64,000 nt of DNA from positions 8,346-72,345 of the forward strand of contig DAYH01000030.1 in NCBI GenBank assembly GCA_002506825.1. The letters are read 5' to 3'. This DNA comes from Euryarchaeota archaeon UBA103 (GTDB lineage Archaea; Thermoplasmatota; Poseidoniia; Poseidoniales; Thalassarchaeaceae). The translations under genes and the position numbers were made by a program. The notes beneath the pieces are model-generated. The model did no database searches. It had not been told where the DNA came from and was given only the letters and a program-made list of their open reading frames with translations. This document shows, piece after piece, positions 19,901-26,589 of this stretch (positions are counted from its first letter, which is position 1; each line of letters begins with the position of its first letter).

Positions 19901-22900
19901 TGAAGAGAAGTCTTTTCCGTAAACCTCGAATGCTTCTCCGTTCCAGTACCCTCCAGAAAATCCTGTTACCTTCCTCACGGGGATATCCACCATCCTAAGC
20001 ATTACAGCAAAGAGAGAGGTGAATTGATCACAGCTTCCTTCGAATGAGTTATTTAACATCCAAAATGATAAATCAGACTCAAGACCAGAGCTTAGCGGAG
20101 TGGTACCGTTGTTATTCCTGAGGAATGTGTATGTATCATTACCGTTAATTAAGAAATCTTGAATCGCAGTGACTTTATCCCATGCAGTTAACGCGCCTGA
20201 TTCATTTATGACAGACTGGGAAGTACTTGAAACTAAATCGCGTACTCCCCTCGCGAAGAAATCAGGAGGATCGGTCGCGTAGTCGGTTCCCGTAAATGCA
20301 GTAGAGTTGTCCCTAACTGCCTGAGTGATATTTACTTGCGGAGTGGTGATAAACATTGTATCGATTGAAGAACCATCTACAATTATGTCCCTTGTGAAGT
20401 TAGAAAAATTCAATCCTGCAGTTGGATCGGTCCAACCTGTGAAATTAACTGTATTATGAGGAAGAATAAGCTCATCCCCGACATCAGCCACTCCTGGCCC
20501 CCTGTAACTTATCTCCCATCCCATTAGGGTTGAATTATCCCAGAATTGCTGATCGGAGACTCCTTGTGTGGTCGAGAAACCGGGAGCCATTTCGGTATTG
20601 CCTACAAGAGAGGTATTAACGCCCCATGATATTCCCGTGTATTTGTCGTACGTGTGCCATCTCCAGTAGATTGTATTCTCAGGATCTAGAATAGACGATT
20701 GATTAGTGGCATAGAGATACATGGAGTTAGGAGAAATGTCATCTGATGGGTCCCAAGGGTTGTTTGGGGAGTCTTCGCACTGCCCGTCCCAGTAGTCGGA
20801 AGTACACTCTTGACCGTCGGGAATACCTCCTCCGTCAGTATCAGGATCTCTCCAATCGGTCCCTGTTGAGTTTTCGATTGTATCGGGTATTCCATCTCCA
20901 TCCGTATCGACGGGGTTTCTGTCATCATTGGGGTTGTCCTGGGGATTAGTTCCGTCAATATACTCTTGGAAATCTGTGACTCCTCCGTTATCGGTATCTG
21001 ATAAATTCCACAGAGTGAAATAGGTATCGTTAGTGAAATTGCCCCCTAGCCCTGGAAATAAAACTATACAGCCTGTCGTATTTTCAAAGTAATTATTCAA
21101 TCCATCTCCATCTGAGTCAAGAAAGTTTTCACATGGATCAAGTGGATTGGTGCCATTCAGAATCTCATCTAAATCATCCACTCCGTCAGAGTCGGTATCT
21201 ATCAGATTTGGATTGGTGGGAAATCCCCATGTAGAAAGATACTCTTCCCAATCCGCAAGCCCATCACCGTCTGAGTCAGAGTAGTCATCATCACAAACTG
21301 GATCGTTGACAGCTCCCACGGTAGCGTTCCAGCACCAAGAGAAATTAGTGAAGAGAACAGTGGAGGTATTGGCTGGCAAATCTACATTGACGCTTCTCAG
21401 TACATCCGAATCTATGCTTTCGTACCTGAACTCCACGAGAGTTCCATTTGACTGGACGTAGTATGCCATAGGGGCATCTGTCTGTCTCCAATCGATCGGT
21501 GATTGATCTAAATCCGAGGTTGTGTTGAGCGTCAAGGATGATGTTACGGCATCCCATGCTACTATCTGGAGTGTTAGCTCCTGTCCCGATAAGCAAGGAT
21601 CCGTATTGTGGAAAGGCAGATTTTCGTCTCCATCAGATACCCCTCCTCCGTCTGTATCGAAAACGTTCCATAGAGTACATGTCATATTCTCTTCCCAATT
21701 CTGAATACCGTCTCCGTCGAAGTCTCCTGCATCCTCTATCCTAGTTGGATCGGTTTCATTCATGTCCACTATTCCGTTGCCATTGAGGTCTTCTTCACCA
21801 TCATCGAATTGATCTCCATCGGTGTTGTTACTTCTTGGATCGCTAGCTTGAGGCGGGTCTCCATATTGGCCATTTACCTCGACTCCGTCATCAATACCAT
21901 CAGAGTCCGTATCGGGAGAAGTGGGGTCCGTGAGAAGTATCAAGGCCTCGTATGAATCATTGAGTCCGTCTCCATCTGTGTCGTTTGACTGCGGGTCTGT
22001 AGATGTGATGCCATCTACTTCTGCTGTTAGAAATTGGCATCCCCCGGGGCCCAAGGACAATACGGGATTGCAAGGCGATTCGGTAGCAGTCATAGCAAGT
22101 GGCCCTGGCCTAAAATACTGTGTAGGCGGAGTCGTGGAGCCATTTCTAGTGCCCCATGCTGGATTGACATACTCCTTCAGATTGATCAGTCCATCACCGT
22201 CTGGATCTCCAAAAGTACCGTCCATATTGCTGTTTGATGTCGGATCTAATCCATTTGCGGCCTCCCACCCATCTGGCATACCATCACCATCGGTATCCCA
22301 TCCATCTGGGTCCTCGTCTGATACTCCATCGCCATCATCATCATCGCTGGAGCAGTTTGCATCACCATCCCCGTCCCCATCGAAGTTATCCACCATTCCG
22401 TCTTTGTCGTCGTCGAATGTGTTGAAGCAGATATTTCCCCTGGGGTCCTCGTCGGCGCCATCAGAATTCAACCCCTGAATGAGTTGCATGGCACTTTCCT
22501 CGTCCCAATCTCTGACAGGCACGGTACCATTCCACCAAACTCCATTGTCTAGTACATTGGGAGTTAACGGCGAATCCCAGCCATTGGGGATGGAATACTG
22601 ATACTCATTGAGGTTAGTGAAAGCATCTCCATCTGGATCTCCAGTAGAGCCATTATCTCCGTTTTGAGACAGGGGATTCAATCCGTACTGCCATTCCCAT
22701 CCATCTGGAAGTCCATCGTTATCTGAGTCCCAGTCTTGCGGCTGTGTGTTGATGTAGAATTCTAAGCCGTAGGATAGTCCGTCTCCATCTTGATCGGATG
22801 AAGCTAGGGCCTCCCATGCACTGAACTCCAATGCTGAATAAGAAGACAAAAGCATCAGCAAGGAGAATACGAACGCGGAACGTTGTTTTCTGGTTCTCAT

Positions 22901-22933
22901 CGCATCTTTTGAAAGAATCACGATAGAGCCCAT
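13982..22933 (-). CDS. Giant (~2,983-2,986 aa) type-I membrane surface protein: signal peptide, TSP type-3-like Ca-binding repeats, transglutaminase-like core, long array of Ig/CarboxypepD_reg-like repeats, TM and DUF4129-like cytoplasmic domain
   Basis: Single uninterrupted 8.96-kb ORF. The track start at 22942 is GTG. The ATG at 22933 is preceded by GAGGTGA with 5-nt spacing. Leader RTRKQRSAFVFSLLMLLSSYSALEFSA. Domain motifs are listed in the sub-features below. Confidence 0.85.
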   Translation of the reverse strand: MGSIVILSKDAMRTRKQRSAFVFSLLMLLSSYSALEFSAWEALASSDQDGDGLSYGLEFYINTQPQDWDSDNDGLPDGWEWQYGLNPLSQNGDNGSTGDPDGDAFTNLNEYQYSIPNGWDSPLTPNVLDNGVWWNGTVPVRDWDEESAMQLIQGLNSDGADEDPRGNICFNTFDDDKDGMVDNFDGDGDGDANCSSDDDDGDGVSDEDPDGWDTDGDGMPDGWEAANGLDPTSNSNMDGTFGDPDGDGLINLKEYVNPAWGTRNGSTTPPTQYFRPGPLAMTATESPCNPVLSLGPGGCQFLTAEVDGITSTDPQSNDTDGDGLNDSYEALILLTDPTSPDTDSDGIDDGVEVNGQYGDPPQASDPRSNNTDGDQFDDGEEDLNGNGIVDMNETDPTRIEDAGDFDGDGIQNWEENMTCTLWNVFDTDGGGVSDGDENLPFHNTDPCLSGQELTLQIVAWDAVTSSLTLNTTSDLDQSPIDWRQTDAPMAYYVQSNGTLVEFRYESIDSDVLRSVNVDLPANTSTVLFTNFSWCWNATVGAVNDPVCDDDYSDSDGDGLADWEEYLSTWGFPTNPNLIDTDSDGVDDLDEILNGTNPLDPCENFLDSDGDGLNNYFENTTGCIVLFPGLGGNFTNDTYFTLWNLSDTDNGGVTDFQEYIDGTNPQDNPNDDRNPVDTDGDGIPDTIENSTGTDWRDPDTDGGGIPDGQECTSDYWDGQCEDSPNNPWDPSDDISPNSMYLYATNQSSILDPENTIYWRWHTYDKYTGISWGVNTSLVGNTEMAPGFSTTQGVSDQQFWDNSTLMGWEISYRGPGVADVGDELILPHNTVNFTGWTDPTAGLNFSNFTRDIIVDGSSIDTMFITTPQVNITQAVRDNSTAFTGTDYATDPPDFFARGVRDLVSSTSQSVINESGALTAWDKVTAIQDFLINGNDTYTFLRNNNGTTPLSSGLESDLSFWMLNNSFEGSCDQFTSLFAVMLRMVDIPVRKVTGFSGGYWNGEAFEVYGKDFSSWVEVHLQTNQNLGNADLGWIPFEACPAMSLVEVTNESWGPLWLDRDLSGQSIWMNGTLRFTDNQTSVEGVGVEMYLIESNMTDQIPGLAAVSQHLVGTAVTDSNGSFNITGMPSEAVNPGNASLVVMTKSLGYVGYQGIFSDWNVNITDDITLSLSEPQPVTEPKLGIGVNTTITGSVSLENNPYNDISLIDSMQVLMNYTTSQDGPVSLISSIGPGGYFEFSVLINESEQEGLISATLDYTGWHQYDLNNASGPVFHIRPSSETINLNLTQAPNLTISLEGQGLNDTLLEINRPIYLNGTALSKSEVPESLNGTLTLQMRRSGTNAPFQTLNSWYLNDSDWLSSPGQFAVNWTFLDSEVPIPAGLVEIRYQYLADQLFAKDETTVVDQHGIKSYIVFNYTMAPSPKGSTTDILVSLSDHTGAEITSFPGLFSLSVNGTDVWNDSNPDVPKIVTSWAPSNLTLAGDYPWVLSYNGSTWISPNQTSDTVRIQGRASPIFNLGTEWVPMGNTTWISGSVTDSDLNSTVLGNNTSASLFLDVPSSLPPGPDGNPLPPDRYTLGSTWLDTTSGQYNISFSMPSGIGSGVYQAVLVLDFVKNSPGGIPYFFDPAIENTLDIGIQTMFDVQTTNTSAIVVAGENLSASATVRDLESNERLSNATVEIYFDWGGSLEQLMNISVTGNDGVVEFQSLIPSDAPPGYYDVLILAPDDLTDSLDTPDAGRWLANQSYMNLTVQVSSSVRIDNSPLPEVTAGQSFLVTGKVMDSFDVNRTVSGPVSIEVFFLNDPSEKLISGFATSPNGTFSVSVPTDPLGDGISNGLKTVVISVENGSSPFYLTGTGSESVLVRGVVQFIDRVPLINTIVDRGSSISFGAKFVESSNNDREISGMSVAAKFHDTWMSTETSSNSGGYVNFSFDVPHSHPLGAISVMLMFNGSNGTESLHTSFTFINTIIVRSPTSISFSPITANPTAGDFMDVSGNLTSSNGSGIVDRNGNPLSPSLTFLIDNVSTGFSVSGGAVDPNGSWSARIFLEMSFPRGTHNISATYTPTVNYYSSSSSNGSFDSRGFSMISIINPTDLDPNARTVRGDPSDLNISIMDNAGENVGNVEVKILVDGLQTWSGFTDSNGLINTSLATDSNRNPGPMTVTAVFDGINGTTGLSGDQTWTRIIILAPTVIEVADISGSAVAGEQVIFRGTLLDEHGLPLLEDGSPKGGVVHLSIDGIDVGPLYIDISNSSSGTWQITYDLPLDMDYGQHTFSIEFLGGFTWVDPMGQGDSLNPEYYLSSITTTPFNVTQTSQVVLTTPQGEIDRNELLLIEGILTDGAGRPLPNRSLDAYMNGQMLTSLNVDANGSFSLFFPVPSDMPLGPREVTLSFEGEEFILGSNSTTIFTVFSPTVLTVEDPEPIAVGDELNLRGTVRDNLPDGWLSNHSLQIFVDGILIGTTVTEEDGSWHLSWVVSEFLDVGVHPVTVISPDQGYYRQTSVETNLTIAYHTTITLNVENSVATRGGMWNFSGRLYDSDTSGSPGLENRNISFILDGNEILVVTTGIDGTFSFTHELGYSISRGAHLVSVSFYGEELYLPDSTNTTVFSRADINVEILLISDEVVRGDETRPITVRGRVLEIGGDGNTMEEMEMSLLWEGSLEPNAIITWDQATGQFLITSNAKTYMPPGNSVFTIEVDPDAERFLNGASLEFDLQILVSVDFEFIPDVLFIERGQTKISGKINVTASDDNRAPPVEGVSITARLTNDTNTLFTVVGMTDENGIFNYQFESFHEEHSFWDRDFWGELNMEFSSDSDIIDPVNATQLAQFSEVEINYQAEASDSLLRPAILSIILVAFMIGVSALVVSIRKKKKAAIDELAGVFSYTAELLAAGDEVREAIFNCYEGLCKILMSRGFLRRDFETVREFEMAIRSALPISEQALLSLDRIFEEARYSSHVLGDQHRESAQMALNSVLQEIDQLEEVPIRSKGKIIED
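13985..14430 (-). other. C-terminal TM helix, poly-Lys stop-transfer and ~115-aa cytoplasmic DUF4129-like helical domain of the giant protein
   Basis: ILSIILVAFMIGVSALVVSIRKKKK, then ...EAIFNCYEGLCKILMSRGFLRRDFETVREFEMAIRSALP...LDRIFEEARYSSH. This resembles the DUF4129 pattern Y..l...l...G.....ETp.Ey...l.......l..l...yE.ArYs (from memory). Confidence 0.45.
14610..19610 (-). repeat. Array of at least 11 divergent ~100-aa beta-sandwich (Ig-like/CarboxypepD_reg-like) repeats, rich in N-x-S/T sequons
   Basis: Recurring [TS]-D-x-N/D-G-x-F/W ... P ... G-x-h-x-V motif: TDSNGSFNITGMP, TGNDGVVEFQSLIP, SPNGTFSVSVP, VDPNGSWSARIFL, TDSNGLINTSL, SSSGTWQITYDLP, VDANGSFSLFFPVP, TEEDGSWHLSW, TGIDGTFSFTHEL, TDENGIFNYQF. 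The repeats diverge at the DNA level. Confidence 0.65.
19800..20160 (-). other. Transglutaminase-like (papain-fold) core domain
   Basis: EGSCDQFTSLFAVMLRMVDIPVRKVTGFSGG ... FSSWVEVHL ... LGWIPFEACP matches the TGase-core template G-x-C-x-x-F-A...R..GIPAR.V.G ... HAW.EV ... GW..fD. The Cys codon is at 20030-20032 (residue 971 counted from 22942). Confidence 0.65.
20745..22795 (-). repeat. Array of thrombospondin type-3-like calcium-binding repeats (protein level)
   Basis: At least 15 D-x-D-x-D-G-x-x-D-x-x-E units by eye, including DSDNDGLPDGWE, DTDGDGMPDGWE, DPDGDGLINLKE, DTDGDGLNDSYE, DTDSDGIDDGVE, DFDGDGIQNWEE, DSDGDGLADWEE, DTDSDGVDDLDE, DSDGDGLNNYFE, DTDGDGIPDTIE and DTDGGGIPDGQE. Confidence 0.75.
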
Positions 22934-23010
22934 GCTACTCACCTCTACCTAGGGCGGAAAGTAGGGCTCTTAAGAGGAATGGAGCGTCGTTCGGACACTG
23001 CCTCATTCTA

Positions 23011-25974
23011 TTAGACGAGTTCAATGTCGTCATCACCATACACATCTTCCTCATCTTCCTCTTCCTCTTCCAAGGAAACCACTGGTGCAGGTATGTCATC
23101 TATGTCTTCTGAATCTTCTTCGGAGGCATCAGAAATAGCATCTAAGTATGCCATATGTGACCTCCACCTTCGGCGATTCAAGGCCGATTGTGTTCCGGCT
23201 ATTAGTAACATGACAGCTATGATTCCAACGACATAAGTTGACAGTCTAGGATGAGTGAACTCATTCACTAGACGTTCCAAGAGAGAATCGATTCCAATCG
23301 TCATTATGACCGTTGCCTTAGCAGTAGAATCGTCAGGCCAACTTTGATCCGTATCGAAGGGAGTAGCAGTAACCATTATGCTTGAAGAGTCGCCATTATT
23401 GGAGGACTCTGGAACAGTGACCTCTAGGACGAATGTGACCTCATCAAATGCTTCCAAAACCACCAGTACCGAACCAGAGGGGCCATCAATCTCAACATTC
23501 CATGAAGAAGAGTCCGATTCGGCTTCAAGGAGAATGGTAAGTGGACTGTTTCCTAGGTTCTTCACCTTCATCTGAATCTCTACCGTGTCCCCGGGAGAGA
23601 GGAGCCTGTTGGGCGAAACCTGTACAATCTCAAGTGAAGGTTCATCAGAGTCTATTTCGAATACCATCGGAAGATCGAAATATCTAGGATCTTCATCCGG
23701 AGTATCCTCTACTACTCGTAAGTAGACTGTATGATTTCCAAACTCAACTTGACTGGTCAGGGTGATAGTAACAAAAACCTCGGTTTCATCACCAGGAGCT
23801 AACGAAACCCTGGGAACGGCATTTCCTGAGTCGTCCTCAATTCTGAACTGCCATTGCCCGTAGGCCGCGTTACGATCGGTATTCTCCTCCAGAGATGCTG
23901 GATTCTGAATTCTCCACCATGTGGCCGACTCTCCCGATGTCATTGTGTTGGTGATCTTGGCCCTCAAGGCGACTTCAGCATTTCCCGAACCGGGTGAACA
24001 AAGAGAAACTGTGATATAGCCAAGTGGGGAACCATCGCAGTCATAGGAAACCTCTGCCCTAATGCCAAATGTCCTCTGAATTGTGAATTCGATAGTAGAA
24101 GATAGATTACTCTGGCCGGTACTTACGACCTCCAATTCAACAGTACCTATGTCAGGATCTAGCCTATCCGACGATGGTTTTACTAAAATCCTGAGAGTCT
24201 GTGTCTGATGCCTATCGAGAAGGGAGGTATGAAAAGTTCCGTCTCCATCATCCTCTAGAATCCTCTCTCCAGTGTCATTATCATATACCTGGATAATGGC
24301 CTTGGCCCTCTGGAGAACGTCAATCTTAAATTCGTCTGCATCAAAACCAGTATTGAATATCTCCATAAGAAAAGGCGTGAACTGGTCGTAGTCAACATAG
24401 CTGTTAGCGGAAGCATCAAAGTCGTCTGGTCTTGAAGAATTGGCAACTGCTATTTCATGATCTTCAGACCATATTGAAACTTGAGGAGGCTGGAACACAT
24501 CCATCTTCTTGAGGTCTATCTGTAGCGTGTCCTGATGAACAACCTGTAAGACCCCATCAACCTCTGCCTCTGCTACAGCCCTGATGTCAATGGAACTGGG
24601 AGCACCTGTAAGATCCTCAGGCGCGGTCAATGTGAGAATGGGATTGAGTATGTCCCCACCAGAGTTTAGAGTATAGCCTCCTGGCGAGTCGAACTCTATC
24701 AACCATGAGCTGGGGAAATTTGTCAGTACTTCAAGCTCTACATCCATAGATTTGGTCGAATCGCCCCTATGTACCATCTGAAGAGGGACTGGTGTGGTCT
24801 GCTCAGGGGCGATATACTCTGTTGACCTGTCTTGCCTATGATTCAGTGCCACTCCCCACTGTTCCATATTTACCGGTTCGTGCTCAACTATCACACTGTT
24901 ACCCTGTATATCTGAAACTTCGAGCTCTACCGTATATTCACCAGAGGGTATGCCGCTGGGATACGACCAAAGATACTCTCCGAAGATACCTTGGCTGGTA
25001 TCCTCAATATCTTCATCGTCCTCGTCAATGACATGATCAATTCTGTAGATCCCGTTTGGATCCCTCATAAGTAGTCTAACTGAGTCGACGTCGTACCTTC
25101 CGAAGCTACTTTTCACATCGAACGAGAATTGCATTACCCTTTCTGACAGGATATCATTAGGATACCAATCAAGTTCGGCACCCTCAGCCAGTTCCGCACC
25201 CTCTCTTTGCAATAAAACCAAGCTATTGGCAATCGCATTAGCCTCAATTTCCAAAGTACTGAATCTCTCATCGCCATCTATTTCGTTCCACGCGACCTCG
25301 GCCTCACAGCTAGAAGAGCCCCCCCACGGGCTTCCTCCTCCGCTATCGCAACCAGACATATCAGCATCGATGATTAATTCCAAGCGTTCATCTTTGTCTA
25401 TAGTGAATGTCTCGTCGCCTCCGATATCGATTTCAAAAGTTTCATGATCGAAACTACAACTTTGGGTGAGGCCTGGGTTACAGGCTTCTGATGACCAAGA
25501 CGCTGATCCGACCTGTGATCCTGATGCTTTGAGGGTGAGTGTCCAGTCAACTGTGGCAGTATCGGGACCCGTGGACCTCAGAAATATCCCAATTGGGAGA
25601 TAGTATGAGCCAGATCCTGATCCATGGTTAGGCCTACCAGCAACCTCGAGGCTGGAAAGCATTGGACTGGTCTTGAATTCAATACTGCTACTTAGAGCGC
25701 TCATGGACTCCTGTCCACCGGATTCGGGAACTTGTGTAGTGATGAATCCATCTCCGCCTGCAGAGGAATTTTGGGATGCGATATACATTGTGTAAAGATT
25801 CATTTGAACGTCGGATGAGACGCCATAATTGGTAGTCTCAGATAGCTCACTATTGGAAACAGTAGATGCCGCATAGGGAATAAGGAGCACTAGGCATAGG
25901 GCCAGTGCTATCGCCTTACTCCTAAGAGCGTAGTTCGCTATACTCCTCCCTTGCACGGTTAAGCGCCCATACAA
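23011..25974 (-). CDS. Large (987 aa) type-I membrane surface protein with CARDB/NEW3-like beta-sandwich domains and an acidic cytoplasmic tail. Immediately upstream of, and co-oriented with, the giant gene.
   Basis: N-terminal leader RSKAIALALCLVLLIPYAAS. MKVKNLGNSPLTILLEAESDSSSWNVEIDGP and FPSSWLIEFDSPGG resemble CARDB/NEW3 strands. TM VVGIIAVMLLIAGTQSAL, then RRRWR and a D/E-rich tail (EEEEEDEEDVYGDDDIELV). The start is ambiguous: TTG at 25974 or GTG at 25956. Confidence 0.75.
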   Translation of the reverse strand: MYGRLTVQGRSIANYALRSKAIALALCLVLLIPYAASTVSNSELSETTNYGVSSDVQMNLYTMYIASQNSSAGGDGFITTQVPESGGQESMSALSSSIEFKTSPMLSSLEVAGRPNHGSGSGSYYLPIGIFLRSTGPDTATVDWTLTLKASGSQVGSASWSSEACNPGLTQSCSFDHETFEIDIGGDETFTIDKDERLELIIDADMSGCDSGGGSPWGGSSSCEAEVAWNEIDGDERFSTLEIEANAIANSLVLLQREGAELAEGAELDWYPNDILSERVMQFSFDVKSSFGRYDVDSVRLLMRDPNGIYRIDHVIDEDDEDIEDTSQGIFGEYLWSYPSGIPSGEYTVELEVSDIQGNSVIVEHEPVNMEQWGVALNHRQDRSTEYIAPEQTTPVPLQMVHRGDSTKSMDVELEVLTNFPSSWLIEFDSPGGYTLNSGGDILNPILTLTAPEDLTGAPSSIDIRAVAEAEVDGVLQVVHQDTLQIDLKKMDVFQPPQVSIWSEDHEIAVANSSRPDDFDASANSYVDYDQFTPFLMEIFNTGFDADEFKIDVLQRAKAIIQVYDNDTGERILEDDGDGTFHTSLLDRHQTQTLRILVKPSSDRLDPDIGTVELEVVSTGQSNLSSTIEFTIQRTFGIRAEVSYDCDGSPLGYITVSLCSPGSGNAEVALRAKITNTMTSGESATWWRIQNPASLEENTDRNAAYGQWQFRIEDDSGNAVPRVSLAPGDETEVFVTITLTSQVEFGNHTVYLRVVEDTPDEDPRYFDLPMVFEIDSDEPSLEIVQVSPNRLLSPGDTVEIQMKVKNLGNSPLTILLEAESDSSSWNVEIDGPSGSVLVVLEAFDEVTFVLEVTVPESSNNGDSSSIMVTATPFDTDQSWPDDSTAKATVIMTIGIDSLLERLVNEFTHPRLSTYVVGIIAVMLLIAGTQSALNRRRWRSHMAYLDAISDASEEDSEDIDDIPAPVVSLEEEEEDEEDVYGDDDIELV

Positions 25975-26097
25975 GTGGCGTTAAAGCGTTCGTGCGACTT
26001 GGGCAACTGATACGTCAATTGTGAGGGTAGATAATATGGCCCAAATATAGACTTCGGGGCGCTCGATTCAAGGAGTATGACCCCCTCCTAGTGTCCA

Positions 26098-26183
26098 GCA
26101 GAGGTACCCGAGCTGGTCAAAGGGGCCGGACTTAAGCTCCGGTGCGTAGTGCTTCGCAGGTTCAAATCCTGCCCTCTGCACCA
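26098..26183 (+). tRNA. tRNA-Leu (anticodon UAA), genomically encoded CCA
   Basis: Acceptor GCAGAGG/CCTCTGC. Anticodon stem CCGGA/TCCGG with loop CU-UAA-GC. Long variable arm (class II tRNA). T-arm GCAGG-TTCAAAT-CCTGC. Discriminator A, then CCA. Confidence 0.85.
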
Positions 26184-26588
26184 TTATCTCTTTCTAGACA
26201 TCTGACAGCCAAAATTTGCATCTCCTTCCAGAATATCCATCTTAGTGATTTTTACTGTAGCTTCGGAAACAGGCAGTGGGGCCAATAGTTTATTCAGTAT
26301 TCTAGAACCCAGTGACTCGAGTAAGGAGACTCTTGTTTCTCGGATTGAATCATCGATAGATTCCAACAAATATTCATAATTCACTACATCGGATATTTTG
26401 TCAGATTTAGGAGATTCTGAGTTGAGGATAATTACTTCAATATCAAAACGTAATTTTTGAGGCCTGCCTATCTCATGGGCATGAATTCCTATATCTACAT
26501 CTCTGAATAATTCCCTTAGAAAAATCACGGTTCTCCCAGACCCATAATCACTGTTGCGAAGGCCGGTTTCCTCTGAGTAGTGATCCAT
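26184..26588 (-). CDS. Dihydroneopterin aldolase/epimerase family (FolB/FolX-like tunnelling-fold) protein
   Basis: TVIFLRELFRDVDIGIHAHEIGRPQKLRFDIEVIIL...DKISDVVNYEYLLESI...LLESLGSRILNKLL...VSEATVKITK follows the FolB pattern (I.l..l.f.G.h..E......d+.l......D.l.dtvnY..v...i.....L+E.La..i......v....V.v.K). ATG at 26588 (MDHYSEE), 1 nt after the upstream stop. Confidence 0.6.
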   Translation of the reverse strand: MDHYSEETGLRNSDYGSGRTVIFLRELFRDVDIGIHAHEIGRPQKLRFDIEVIILNSESPKSDKISDVVNYEYLLESIDDSIRETRVSLLESLGSRILNKLLAPLPVSEATVKITKMDILEGDANFGCQMSRKR

Positions 26589-26589
26589 C

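Noticed and set aside
21921-22478. 185-aa plus-strand ORF, with neighbours at 22034-22237 and 22234-22425. Rich in Ser/Pro/His.
   Set aside because: It lies entirely antisense to the Asp-rich TSP3-repeat region of the giant gene. GAT/GAC-rich sense codons give stop-poor, Ser/Pro-rich antisense frames. It has no start context or motifs, so it is a shadow ORF.
23011-23240. Checked the three large surface proteins for PGF-CTERM/archaeosortase or similar C-terminal sorting signals.
   Set aside because: In all three the TM helix is followed by a 60-115-residue cytoplasmic tail rather than lying at the extreme C-terminus, and no PGF-type tripeptide precedes it.
13982-26183. Possibility that the surface-protein region is an integrated mobile island targeting tRNA-Leu.
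   Set aside because: I found no integrase, transposase or phage genes, and no direct repeat of the tRNA 3' end at the far boundary near 13475-13985. 'Variable island' remains only a hypothesis to test by recruitment.
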